From positions 384,001 to 448,000 of the forward strand of contig CAVUWD010000013.1 in assembly GCA_963745025.1 (NCBI GenBank): 64,000 nucleotides of DNA, read 5' to 3'. The notes beneath the pieces are model-generated. The model ran no database searches and had not been told where the DNA came from. It was given only the letters and a program-made list of their open reading frames with translations. Source of the stretch: an uncultured delta proteobacterium. GTDB lineage: Bacteria; Desulfobacterota; Binatia; JACPRU01. The position numbers were made by a program, and so were the translations under genes. This document shows positions 51,855 to 61,778 of the stretch, piece after piece (positions within the stretch are counted from its first letter, which is position 1; each line of letters opens with the position of its first letter).

Positions 51855-52454
51855 ATGCCGCAGGACGTCGATTTCTTCTTCGACTTCGTCAGCCCGTACA
51901 CGTACCTCGCGCAAACGCAGTTGGCCGCTTTGAACGAGCGAACGGGCGCTCGCTTTCGGCTCTGGCCGATGCCCCTGCTGAATCTCATGAAGCAGGTCGG
52001 CAACGTCCCGACGACGGTGCTCTGCGCCAACAAGCTGAAATACGCGACCCAGGACATCGGTCGCTGGGTGGCGCGCTACCGCGTGCCGTTTCAAATGAAC
52101 CCGCACGTATTCAAGGCGGACCCGAGCCTTGCCCTGAGGGGGGCACTCGTTGCTCAGAAACAGGGCGTGGAGGACGCGTACAACCGCGCCCTCTTCAACG
52201 CCTTCTGGAGCGAGGGTCTCGACGTGAACGACCGAGCGGTCTTGGCGGGGCGATTGGGCGCGGCGGGCTTGGACGGGAAGGCGATTCTCAAGACCGCCGA
52301 CGAGCCGGCGTATGGCGAGCAGCTCGAGAAGAACACGGCGCTCGCCGCCGAGCGCGGCGTCTTCGGCTCTCCGACGTTCATCGTCGGTGACGATCACTTC
52401 TTCGGCAACGACCGGCTCGGATTCCTCGAAGAGCGCCTCCTTCGCCGAGCGTGA
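51855..52454 (+). CDS. HCCA isomerase/kappa-class GST (DsbA family), copy 1
   Basis: FFFDFVSPYTY, GVFGSPTF, FFGNDRL. Confidence 0.92.
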   Translation: MPQDVDFFFDFVSPYTYLAQTQLAALNERTGARFRLWPMPLLNLMKQVGNVPTTVLCANKLKYATQDIGRWVARYRVPFQMNPHVFKADPSLALRGALVAQKQGVEDAYNRALFNAFWSEGLDVNDRAVLAGRLGAAGLDGKAILKTADEPAYGEQLEKNTALAAERGVFGSPTFIVGDDHFFGNDRLGFLEERLLRRA

Positions 52455-52477
52455 CCCCTCACTGAAAGGAGCCACCG

Positions 52478-52927
52478 ATGGAGGAAGAACTTCCCGTCGC
52501 GTTGATTACCGGCGTAGGCCCCGGTACCGGAGCCGCGATCGCCCGCCGTTTCGCCCGCGGCGGCTACTCGGTCGCGATGCTTGCCCGGAGCCGGGACAGA
52601 CTGGACGCGTTGGAGCGTGAGATCGACCACTCGCGCGGCTACGGCTGCGACGTGACCGACGAAGCACAACTCGACGCCACGATCGAGCGAGTGCGCGCGG
52701 ACTTCGGCACGCCGAAGGTCCTCGTCCACTACGCCGTGGGCGGCGCTTTCGCCACGTTCCTCGAGGTCGACCCCGCGGTGCTGAATCAGAACTTCCAGGT
52801 CAACACGATGGCGCTTCTGTATCTGGCCCGGCGACTAGCGCCCGAGCTCGTGTGCCCCGAGTGCGGAGAAGCCGTCCATCCCGACGACGTGCAGCTACGC
52901 ATCAGTCCGGCATTGAAGCAGTCATAG
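52478..52927 (+). pseudogene. Chimera: SDR N-terminal part fused at 52842 to an HxlR-like regulator C-terminus
   Basis: Near-identical to SDR 61779 up to LARRLAP, then ELVCPECGEAVHPDDV; SDR catalytic region missing. Confidence 0.7.
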
Positions 52928-52935
52928 GAGGAGAC

Positions 52936-55179
52936 ATGGCAGAGAATAAGAAGACCAGGTGTGTCCTGTGCGGAAACCTCTGTGGGCTCGAAGTGCAGGT
53001 GGAAGACAACCGAATCGTCAAGGTCCGTCCGGATAAGGAACACCCGCGCAGCCAGGGCTACATCTGTCGTAAAGGCACATCCGTCGCCCATTATCAGCAC
53101 CACGCGGACCGACTCCTGTACCCGATGAAGAAGGTTGGCGACGCCTTCGAACGAATCTCGTGGGAGCAAGCCTTGGACGAGATCGCGGAGAAACTGAAGG
53201 CGATCGTCGGTGCTCACGGGCCTCGCTCCTTGGCTCTGGTGGGCGGGGGGAACCTGGCCAGTACGATGCAGTTTGGGTTCGCGGTCTCTCTCCTGCATGG
53301 GCTCGGTTCGCAGTACTTGTACATCGCCATCGCGCAGGAGCTGACCGGCCGTTACTGGGTGGACGGGAGAACCTTTGGCCGCCAATCGATCCATCCAACC
53401 GTGGACGAAGAGGAAACAGACATGCTGCTCATCGTGGGAAAGAACCCCATGATGAGCCACCACTTTCAGCGGGCCCGGATCGTCTTGAAGGAGATGGCCA
53501 AGGATCCTAACAGGCTCCTGGTGGTCGTCGATCCGCGCCGCACGGAGACCGCGAAGATCGCCGATATCCACCTCGCCATCAGACCCGGGACCGACGCGCT
53601 CTTCTATCGCGCCATGATCTCGATCATCCTGCAGGAGGGCTGGCACGATCAGGACTACATCGACCGGCATGTCGCCGGATTCGAGGGGATTCGCTCCTGG
53701 TTCACCGATTTCGATGCCAAGGCTGCGTTGGAGGTATGCGAACTGGACTTCGGACAGGTGAGAGAGGTCTGCCGGCTCTTCGCCACCAGAAGATCCAGCC
53801 ACGATAGCGACCTAGGTGTACTCATGAATCGCCACAGTACCCTGGTGTCCTATCTCGAAACCGTTCTCCGGGCGGTGTGTGGTCGAATCGGGGTGCCCGG
53901 CGGGAACGCGTTCCCGAGCAGTGTGGTCGGACTCGACGTTCACTCCGACGAGAGAGATCCGGATACCTGGCGCACACTGGCCACCGACTTTCCGGCCATC
54001 AACGGACTATTTCCACCCAACGTCATGCCAGAAGAGATCGTGTCCGACCATCCCGAGCGGTTGAGGGCCGTGATCGTCAGCGGCGCCAACCCGCTTCGCT
54101 CCTTTGCCGATACAACGGCCTACGAGAAAGCCTTCGCAGAGTTGGATCTATTGGTCACCGTCGACGTCGCCTTGACCGAGACGGCGGCCGCATCCCACTA
54201 CGTGCTGCCGGACCTTTCTGGATTCGAGTCGTGGAACACAGGACTTGTATTGGGCAGCTATCCCAAGGTGTTCTTCCAGATCAACCAGCCGGCAGTCCAG
54301 CCGGAAGAAGAGCAGCTGGAGGCGGCGGAGATATTCACGCGGCTCGCGGATCGTCTCGGTCTGATCCCAGACATCCCCGATTCGCTATTCGTGGCTGCTG
54401 AAAGCGGCGATCGACTGAAATTCGGTCTGGCCTTGATGGAGTTCCTGGAAAGCAATCCCGATGTCGCGCCTCGGATTCCCTTCGTCCTGGCCAAGACCCT
54501 GGGCAAGAGCATGGGTTCGGTCAACCTGGCCGCCATCTGGGCCGCTCTGCAAACCCTGCCTCCGGAAGCTCACGCAAATGCCGAACGGGCAGGCTTCACC
54601 CCCGGACCACTGCTGGGTGAAGAGATCTTCAAGGCGAGTCTGGAGCATCCACAGGGGCTCTGGGTCGGGGAAGTGGACAGGGACAACAACCTTCAGGGAT
54701 TGGCCACCGAAGATGGCCGCATCAACCTGGATATTCCCGAGCTGAGGGCGTGGATGGAAGAGATCGATCCGGCGAAGGAAGCCGAAGCGCTCAAGCTGGA
54801 TCCGGCTTTCCCCTTCATCATGTCTTCCGGCAATCACATGGATACAAACGCCAATGCGGCCATGCGCGATCCCGTTTGGAACGAAGGCAAACGGGCCTGC
54901 ACCTTGTACATGAATCCGCGCGACGCGGAGGCGAACGGCCTCAAGGACGGGCAGACGGTACGTGTAACGACCGAAGTCGGTCAGGAATCCATCGAGCTCG
55001 AGGTGACGGAGGCGACCCGGCCCGGATACCTCGTGATGCCGCAGGGATTCGGCTTGGTCCACCAGGGGAAGACGTTCGGAGCCAATGCCAACCGCCTGGC
55101 CAAAAACACCTATCGGGATCGTTTGGCGGCTACTCCCTACCACCGCCACATCCCCTGCCGCGTCGAGCCGTTGAGCTGA
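52936..55179 (+). CDS. Molybdopterin (bis-MGD) oxidoreductase with N-terminal 4Fe-4S cluster
   Basis: CVLCGNLCG...ICRKG, ISWEQALDEIA, VDPRRTETA, RPGTD, C-terminal MNP.DA; AGGAGG RBS. Confidence 0.92.
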   Translation: MAENKKTRCVLCGNLCGLEVQVEDNRIVKVRPDKEHPRSQGYICRKGTSVAHYQHHADRLLYPMKKVGDAFERISWEQALDEIAEKLKAIVGAHGPRSLALVGGGNLASTMQFGFAVSLLHGLGSQYLYIAIAQELTGRYWVDGRTFGRQSIHPTVDEEETDMLLIVGKNPMMSHHFQRARIVLKEMAKDPNRLLVVVDPRRTETAKIADIHLAIRPGTDALFYRAMISIILQEGWHDQDYIDRHVAGFEGIRSWFTDFDAKAALEVCELDFGQVREVCRLFATRRSSHDSDLGVLMNRHSTLVSYLETVLRAVCGRIGVPGGNAFPSSVVGLDVHSDERDPDTWRTLATDFPAINGLFPPNVMPEEIVSDHPERLRAVIVSGANPLRSFADTTAYEKAFAELDLLVTVDVALTETAAASHYVLPDLSGFESWNTGLVLGSYPKVFFQINQPAVQPEEEQLEAAEIFTRLADRLGLIPDIPDSLFVAAESGDRLKFGLALMEFLESNPDVAPRIPFVLAKTLGKSMGSVNLAAIWAALQTLPPEAHANAERAGFTPGPLLGEEIFKASLEHPQGLWVGEVDRDNNLQGLATEDGRINLDIPELRAWMEEIDPAKEAEALKLDPAFPFIMSSGNHMDTNANAAMRDPVWNEGKRACTLYMNPRDAEANGLKDGQTVRVTTEVGQESIELEVTEATRPGYLVMPQGFGLVHQGKTFGANANRLAKNTYRDRLAATPYHRHIPCRVEPLS

Positions 55180-55230
55180 CTCGAGTATGGGATCGAGCCC
55201 TGCAGCTTTTCGAACACTCGAGGAGGATAG

Positions 55231-55645
55231 GATGTTTATGGCGGAACTTGGCAAGGAAGTAGTGGATCTCTTCAATCAGCCTGGCCGGATTGGGACCTTG
55301 GCGACAGCTGACAAACATGGACAACCCAATGCAGCTCATTTTGGCAGTCTCAGACCGATGGCGGATGGAAGCATCACAGTGGGGCTGACAAACAACCGGA
55401 CGCTGAGGAACCTGCAAGAAAACGCCCTCGCGGTCTTCTTCATTGTTAAGGAGGGACCGGTGACCTTTCAAACCCAAGGCTACAGACTTTACCTCAAGGT
55501 GCGGGGGATCCATCGAGAAGGACCGGTGCTCGATGAGATCAAACATCTTATCAGCAGACATGCCGGGCCGGAAGCGGCAAGTTCGATTGCGGCAGGAGTC
55601 GTGTTTGATGTCACTGAGGTGAGGCCGCTGGTAGCGATGGGCTGA
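55231..55645 (+). CDS. Pyridoxamine 5'-phosphate oxidase-like FMN-binding protein
   Basis: LATAD..G.PNAA, RTL.NL.EN, G.RLYL. Confidence 0.85.
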
Positions 55646-55906
55646 AAGTTGAGATCCATGGCTGAAGGGAGGAGGGACCGCAACAGTTCAGCACGCGCGC
55701 CATCGACGGCCGCAGTAGGAGCAGCACGGAGCCGGGCGTCGTCGCCGAGGTCGTGCTCGAAGCTGCCAGTGCGGCTCGCCCGAAACTCAGATATACAGCC
55801 GGTGGCGTCGCGAAGCGCCTGAGAGTGTTGCGCAGATTTGCGCCCGCTCGGCTGGTGGACGCTGGGATTCGAAGAGATCTGCAGCTCGATTGAGGAGAGA
55901 TCGAAC

Positions 55907-56671
55907 GTGAAACCCGTTTGTTTGGTGATCGGTGCCGGTGCGGGTATCGGTGGAAATGTCGCTCGACGCTTCGCCCAAGAGGGTTATCACGCCTGTCTGT
56001 GTCGGCGCAGCGATTCGGAGGGACTGAATCGACTGGTGGACGCGATCAAGAGCGACGGAGGTTCAGCAACGGGATTTCTCCTCAACGCCATCGAGGCAGA
56101 CTCGATCGAAGGGCGAGTTGCCGCCATCGAGGCCGGCATCGGCCCGATCGAGGTCGTCGTCTACAACCTGGGCGCCCAGATTGGCGATAGGGCATTGAAG
56201 GACACGTCGCTCAAGGCTTTTGAGACAGGCTGGCGTCTGGGGACGTTTGGTCTCTTTCGCCTTGCGTCGGCCGTGTGCCCCCTGATGGAAGGGCGAGGCA
56301 AAGGAACAATCCTCGTGACTTCATCGACAGCGGCAATGCGCGGGAACGGCGGTCAACATTCTCATGCGGCTGCCATGGGAGGACGACGAATGCTCTGCCA
56401 GACACTCAATGCGGAGTTTGCGTCGAAAGGAATCCACGTCGTACACATCGTGATCGACGGCGCCGTGGATGCGCCCGACACCTTGGGGAAGATGCTGGGA
56501 CCGGAAAGGTTCCAAGAGCTGAGAGAGACCCGAGGCAAAGAACATGACGGACTCATGCTTCCCACGCACATCGCGGAGACCTACGTCCACCTCGCGAAAC
56601 AACACCGATCCACGTGGACGCACGAGATCGACCTGCGGGCATTCTCCGATCGTGCATGGTGGAATCACTGA
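55907..56671 (+). CDS. SDR oxidoreductase (atypical, lacks YxxxK)
   Basis: IGAGAGIG, GIHVVHIVIDG, WTHEIDLR. Confidence 0.9.
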   Translation: MKPVCLVIGAGAGIGGNVARRFAQEGYHACLCRRSDSEGLNRLVDAIKSDGGSATGFLLNAIEADSIEGRVAAIEAGIGPIEVVVYNLGAQIGDRALKDTSLKAFETGWRLGTFGLFRLASAVCPLMEGRGKGTILVTSSTAAMRGNGGQHSHAAAMGGRRMLCQTLNAEFASKGIHVVHIVIDGAVDAPDTLGKMLGPERFQELRETRGKEHDGLMLPTHIAETYVHLAKQHRSTWTHEIDLRAFSDRAWWNH

Positions 56672-56723
56672 GAACATTCGAAGACGAAGCGGCTGAAGAA
56701 GAAGCCGGGGGAGTGCACGAAAC

Positions 56724-57503
56724 ATGACTCAATCCGACGAACACGACACTCAAGCTTCACAAGACGTTGCACTCATCATCGGGGGCGGCCCCGGCATAAG
56801 CGCGAGCTGTGCCCGGCTGTTCGCGGAGAGCGGCATGCGTGTCGGCATCGCAGCCAGGAATCCGGACAAGCCGGTCCTGCAGAATCTGGAGAAGGCGCAC
56901 GGTGTGCGCCGATACGCGTGCGATGCAAGCCAACCGGCGGCCGTGGAGTCGCTGTTCCAGAATGTTGTCCGAGACCTCGGGCCTCCTACGCTCGTCGTGC
57001 ACAACATCGATGGCAGGATGCCGGACATCTTTCGCAAGGCGATTGCCGAGGCCGACCCGGGCAATGCGCTCGACACGCTCCGGAACTCGGCGTTCAGCGC
57101 TTTTTTGGTAGGTCAGCAGGCAGCTCGGCTGATGCGTGAGAACAACCCCAACGCCAACGGCACGAAAGGAACGATCATCTTCACGAACGCAAGCGCAGCG
57201 CTGAAAGGCTTCCCGTTGAGCGGTGCCTTTGCGATGGCATGCCATGCCAAGTCGGGACTCGCACAGAGCATGGCAAGGGAGTTGATGCCGCAGGGTATCC
57301 ACATAGCCAATGTGCCGATCGACGCCGCGATCGGCTGGAGACAGGACGACGGTACCCGCGCGCACAGACTCGCGGGAGTCGCCGTCGACGACAACATGGC
57401 CGACCCGGACTACATCGCGGAAACCTATCTGCAGCTGCATCGCCAGCATCGGTCCACGTGGGCGTTCGAAGTCGTGCTACGACCGTGGGTCGAGAAATGG
57501 TGA
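56724..57503 (+). CDS. SDR oxidoreductase (atypical, lacks YxxxK)
   Basis: GGGPGIS, AQSMAREL.P.GIH, WAFEVVLRPW.EKW. Confidence 0.9.
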   Translation: MTQSDEHDTQASQDVALIIGGGPGISASCARLFAESGMRVGIAARNPDKPVLQNLEKAHGVRRYACDASQPAAVESLFQNVVRDLGPPTLVVHNIDGRMPDIFRKAIAEADPGNALDTLRNSAFSAFLVGQQAARLMRENNPNANGTKGTIIFTNASAALKGFPLSGAFAMACHAKSGLAQSMARELMPQGIHIANVPIDAAIGWRQDDGTRAHRLAGVAVDDNMADPDYIAETYLQLHRQHRSTWAFEVVLRPWVEKW

Positions 57504-57548
57504 CTGGCGCTCGCTCGCGACCGCTATCTTGACCCAAGCGCGGGGCGG

Positions 57549-58042
57549 TCACACACCGATCCTTTCCGAGGCGTTCTTGTGGCCCGACCATTTGGGCAGG
57601 TCATCATCGACGTCGACGACGCGCTGTCCATAGAAGATGTGGCAGGTCGGCCGGAACGCTTCGGGGATCTCGCCCGCCGCGCCGAACTCGAACAGTGTCG
57701 GGAACGCGAGCCACATGCGGCGGCCTTCATCGGCGACCGGCGTGCCGCAAAGCGCGCAGCTCACCTTGCAAGGAGGCACGCGCCGGGCCGGTCGAGCATG
57801 CCGGCATAAAAGCGGAGATGCTCGATCCCGCGGATCATTCGGACATGGCGCTTGTGGAAGATCGCGGCCCATTGCATTGGCGCACCGTGTAATGCCTGGC
57901 AGGTCCGGCAGTGGCAGATCTTCGCATCTACCGGATCGGCGCCGACCTCGTAGGAGACCGCGCCGCAATGGCAGCGCGCGCGGTAGCGCGCGACGAACGT
58001 ATCGTCATCGACCGCGGCGTAGTCACGGCCGAGGTCGTTCAT
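57549..58042 (-). CDS. GFA/CENP-V family Zn protein (frameshift near 57785)
   Basis: CHCG, CHC..CQ, C..CGT, P..HIFY. Confidence 0.85.
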
Positions 58043-58204
58043 CGGAACCACCAGGCTGTGGAGGCATGGCGTCGCCTGTGGGCCATGAGGAAACCTTGCG
58101 ATGGGCCAGTGTCGACGACGGCATGCACACCCATCACCGGCCCAAAGCCGAGTCCGTGGTCCGGGTCAGCTCCTCGCCCACCTCGCGCAGATCGAACCGC
58201 CCTC

Positions 58205-58233
58205 TTGATTCGTTTGATGGTGATCGTCATGAT
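58205..58233 (+). promoter_or_regulatory. Sigma70 promoter/TetR operator (copy D)
   Basis: TTGATT-N17-CATGAT containing ATGGTGATCGTCAT. Confidence 0.7.
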
Positions 58234-58315
58234 TGCCACCGATCGGTAACGCCCAGCTCACGATCGGCGTGCCGGTGTGGATCGCAACCAGTCTCTAATC
58301 ACGGAGGATGTATTC

Positions 58316-58775
58316 ATGTCTGAAATCAGCCTCGACGACTACAAGGCAATGGTTGGTCAAGAGGTCGGCGTCTCTCGTTGGTTCGAGGTGTCGCAGGGGC
58401 GCATCGACACCTTTGCGGATGTCACGGAGGACCACCAGTTCATCCACGTGGACCCGGAGCGCGCCAATGTCACCCCGTTCGGCGGCACGGTCGCGCACGG
58501 CCTTCCTGACCATGTCTCTGCTTGCGCCAATGGCCTTCGACGCCCAGCCGAACGTCGCCGGAACGGTGATGTCCGTGAACTACGGCTTTGACCGTGTGCG
58601 CTTGATGGCGCCAGTTCGCGCGGGGAGCCGGATCCGCGGCCGCTTCGTGCTCAAGGAGGTGGTGGACCGCGGAGCAAACGAGATCATGGCCGAGACGCAG
58701 GTGACCGTAGAGATCGAGGGCGGCGACAAGCCGGCCTTGGTGGCGGATTGGCTCGGCCTGTCCCGTTTCGCCTGA
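58316..58775 (+). CDS. MaoC/NodN-family (R)-enoyl-CoA hydratase (frameshift near 58502)
   Basis: FADVTEDHQFIHVDPERA, AHG, NYGFDRVR, KPALVA. Confidence 0.88.
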
Positions 58776-58814
58776 TCGCTGTGCGCCACGCCGCGCCCCG
58801 GAGAGGCCCGAATG

Positions 58815-58976
58815 AACCCTTCGCGGCTCCCGGCTCCTGTCGTCCCACCACGGATGTGGCTTGCCGTTGCGCGACCAGTCGTCGGGCGTCATCGCCTTGC
58901 GACAGAGGTGACGGAGCCAGCCGCGCACTTCAGGCTTCAGACGGGAAGCACCGCCTGCCGTCACAACTTCCCTCAT
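58815..58976 (-). pseudogene. N-terminal fragment of a second LinD-like gene
   Basis: GWLRHLCRKAMTPDDWSRNGKPHPWWDDRS versus GWLRYLHRKAHTPDDWDRDGRPHPHWDNRS at 47573. Confidence 0.8.
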
Positions 58977-58984
58977 GCTGGTCG

Positions 58985-59383
58985 CTAGCCGGAAACCACC
59001 TTGAAAACGCCGCTGGCCCGGGCGCAGACGGAATCATCCGCCAAAACCAGCGCGGTCGCAAAGCAGAGCGACTTGCCGGCCCTGATCACCTCAGGGCGAA
59101 TCTCGAGCCATTGCCCCACCTTCGCGAAGCCGACGAAATCTACAGAGAGACTGACGGTGACGAGGCCGGACGTATTTGCAACTTGCTCGCCGCAGCTTAG
59201 TCCCATTGCGTTGTCGGCGAGCGCGGTGATCAGCCCGCCATGGACGAACCCACGACTGTTCGCATGCGCGGCGCTGGCCCTGATTGCCAAGCTCACGCCG
59301 TGGGTGGACCGCCGCGCGTAGATTGGCTCCCACGGCTCCGTGAGGCCGCTGCGGCGTGTATGGCGCTCGAAACCCTCCAGCAC
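58985..59383 (-). CDS. PaaI-family hotdog thioesterase
   Basis: N.RG.VHGG.I..LAD..MG; start codon uncertain. Confidence 0.88.
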   Translation of the reverse strand: MLEGFERHTRRSGLTEPWEPIYARRSTHGVSLAIRASAAHANSRGFVHGGLITALADNAMGLSCGEQVANTSGLVTVSLSVDFVGFAKVGQWLEIRPEVIRAGKSLCFATALVLADDSVCARASGVFKVVSG

Positions 59384-59402
59384 GAGCCCTTCGGGCGCAG
59401 GA

Positions 59403-60420
59403 TTACTGATGGTACGCCTCCTTCATCTGCACGACGACCTTCCCCTTGGCTCGGCCTTTCTCGACATACGCAAGCGCTTCCTTCGCTTGATCGAATGGAA
59501 ATACCTTGTCGATCACGGGCCGGATGCTCCCCGTCTTCGAGAAGCTCACCGATCTCGGCGAGTTGGCTACCGTCGGGATGCACGAACACGAATGAATACT
59601 CGACGCCTCGTTTCTTGGCGTGGCGATTCATCTTGAAGCTCAGCAACCACATCGCGAACACCATGACAAAGTTCATGCCTCTCGAGCGACCGAATGCAGC
59701 GTCGGGTGGCCCGATGAGCGAGACGACGATGCTCTTGGGCTTCAGAATGTGGAGCGATTTCTCCAGCGAATCGCCTCTGAGGGTGCCGAGCACGGCATCG
59801 TAATCCCGCAGCACATCCTCAAATTCCTGCTTCTTGTAGTCGATCACCTCATCGGCTCCGAGGCTCCGCACCAGCGCCACGTTGCCCTCGCTGGTCGTCG
59901 TCGCCACCTTGGCTCCGAGATATTTGGCGAGTTGGATCGCGAACGTGCCGATGCCTCCGGCTCCTGCGGGGATGAACACCTTTTGGCCGGGCTTGAGGTG
60001 GGCACGCTCTTTCAGCGCTTGCCACGACGTGAGTCCGACCATCGGGATCGAGGCCGCTTGCACGAAGTCCAGATGCGCCGGCTTGAGCGCGGCGGCGTTC
60101 TCGGGCACGATCGCAAACTCAGCGAGAGCGCCCGTGCGCAGCTCGAAGATACTGGCGAAGACGGCATCGCCCGGCTTGAAGCGGGTGACGCGACTGCCCA
60201 CCTCCACCACGACACCCGCCAAATCGCTGCCCAGCGTGGCCGGTAGCTGAGACCGGAGGATGGCCTTCATCTTTCCCGCCCGAATCATGTTGTCGATCGG
60301 GTTCAAGCCAGCGGCGTGGACCTGAACGAGAATTTCGTCCGGCTTGGGCACTGGGCGAGGAATGTCAGCGAACGCGACCTGATCCGGTCCGCCATAGCTT
60401 TTGAAGACGAGTGCTCTCAT
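59403..60420 (-). CDS. NADP-dependent MDR oxidoreductase (quinone/alkenal reductase-like), frameshift near 59530
   Basis: AAGLNPID, G.D.AG, AGAGGIG; true C-terminus IRPVIDKVFPF...GRAKGKVV in the next frame. Confidence 0.88.
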
Positions 60421-60430
60421 ATCGTGGGTC

Positions 60431-61012
60431 TCAGCCGGAGGCGCTGTCCTTCAGCCCATTGGCCGCCGTCTGGAGGATCCGTTGCGAGAGCGTTTCGTCC
60501 CCCGCTGCGCGCGCGAGGATGAGCGCGCCGACCATCGTCGAGAAGAGCCGAATCGCCGCGTCATAGCGGCGCGACGCCGTCCTCGCCGGAACCAGCCCGG
60601 CCAGGATCTCGAGACTCTCTTCGAGCCTCTTGGTGAATACGTCACGAATCTTCCTCGGCTGACGCGCCATGTCCGTGCCGAGCGCCGCGACCGCACACCC
60701 CGCACCGGGCGAATCCCGATGGCGCAGTGACAAGTAGCGGTCGATGATCCTCTCTAGGGCGTCGCTCTTGTCTTGGCCGCTCGCGTCGCGCGCCCAGAGA
60801 TCGCGCGACTCGTCGAGTACGAGGCGCAAGGCCTCCGCGACGACCGCCTCCTTCGAGTCGAACTGGCTGTAGAAGGCGCCGTGCGTGAGGCCGGCCGCCT
60901 CGGTGATGGCGTCGACGCCCGCCCCGTCGATCCCCTGTTCACGGAAGAGCCGCGCCGCCGCGGTGAGGATCCGTCGTCGATTTTCGGCCGCCACCTGCTT
61001 GGTCACACGCAT
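60431..61012 (-). CDS. TetR/AcrR-family transcriptional regulator
   Basis: MRVTK..AAENRRRIL.AA.RLFRE.G...AGLTHGAFYSQF.SK; C-terminal GC..AAL. Confidence 0.93.
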   Translation of the reverse strand: MRVTKQVAAENRRRILTAAARLFREQGIDGAGVDAITEAAGLTHGAFYSQFDSKEAVVAEALRLVLDESRDLWARDASGQDKSDALERIIDRYLSLRHRDSPGAGCAVAALGTDMARQPRKIRDVFTKRLEESLEILAGLVPARTASRRYDAAIRLFSTMVGALILARAAGDETLSQRILQTAANGLKDSASG

Positions 61013-61037
61013 CGAAGAAATTCCTCCTCAGGACCTC

Positions 61038-61092
61038 TTGACTCCATTGATAGTGGTCGTCATGATTGCCGGTGATTGGTAACGCTCGTCAT
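61038..61092 (+). promoter_or_regulatory. Sigma70 promoter with TetR-type operators (copy E), divergent from tetR
   Basis: TTGACT-N17-CATGAT; GTAACGCTCGTCAT 61079. Confidence 0.75.
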
Positions 61093-61156
61093 CAAAAACG
61101 AAGTTAGCCGCTGGCCGGGAAGATAGCAATCTCCCCGCGAGCAATCGGGAGGGTCC

Positions 61157-61750
61157 ATGCCGCAAGACGTCGATTTCTTCTTCGACTTCGTCAGCCCGTA
61201 CACGTACCTCGCGCAAACGCAGTTGGCCGGTTTGAAAGAGCGAACGGGCGCTCGCTTCCGGCTCTGGCCGATGCACCTGTTGAATCTCATGAAGCAGGTC
61301 GGCAACGTCCCGACGACGGTGCTCTGCGCCAACAAGCTGAAATACGCGACCCAGGACATCGGTCGCTGGGTGTCGCGCTACCGCGTGCCGTTTCAGATGA
61401 ACCCACACGTCTTTAAGGGAGACCCGAGTCTCTCCCTGAGAGGAGCCCTGGTCGCCCAGAAGCAGGGCGCAGAGGACGCCTATAACCGCGCGATCTTCGG
61501 TGCCTTCTGGAGCGAAGGTCTCGACGTGAACGACCGAGCGCTCTTGGCGGGGCGACTGGACGCGGCGGGCCTGGATGGGAAGGCGATTCTCAAGACCGCC
61601 GACGAGCCGGCGTATGGCGAGCAGCTCGAGAAGAACACGGCGCTCGCCGCCGAGCGCGGCGTCTTCGGCTCTCCGACGTTCATCGTCGGTGGCGATCTCT
61701 TCTTCGGCAACGACCGGCTCGGATTCCTCGAAGAGCGCCTGCGCCGCTAG
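61157..61750 (+). CDS. HCCA isomerase/kappa-class GST, copy 2
   Basis: Near-identical to 51855-52454. Confidence 0.92.
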   Translation: MPQDVDFFFDFVSPYTYLAQTQLAGLKERTGARFRLWPMHLLNLMKQVGNVPTTVLCANKLKYATQDIGRWVSRYRVPFQMNPHVFKGDPSLSLRGALVAQKQGAEDAYNRAIFGAFWSEGLDVNDRALLAGRLDAAGLDGKAILKTADEPAYGEQLEKNTALAAERGVFGSPTFIVGGDLFFGNDRLGFLEERLRR

Positions 61751-61778
61751 GTCCCACGCTGCACGGAAAGGAGTAACG

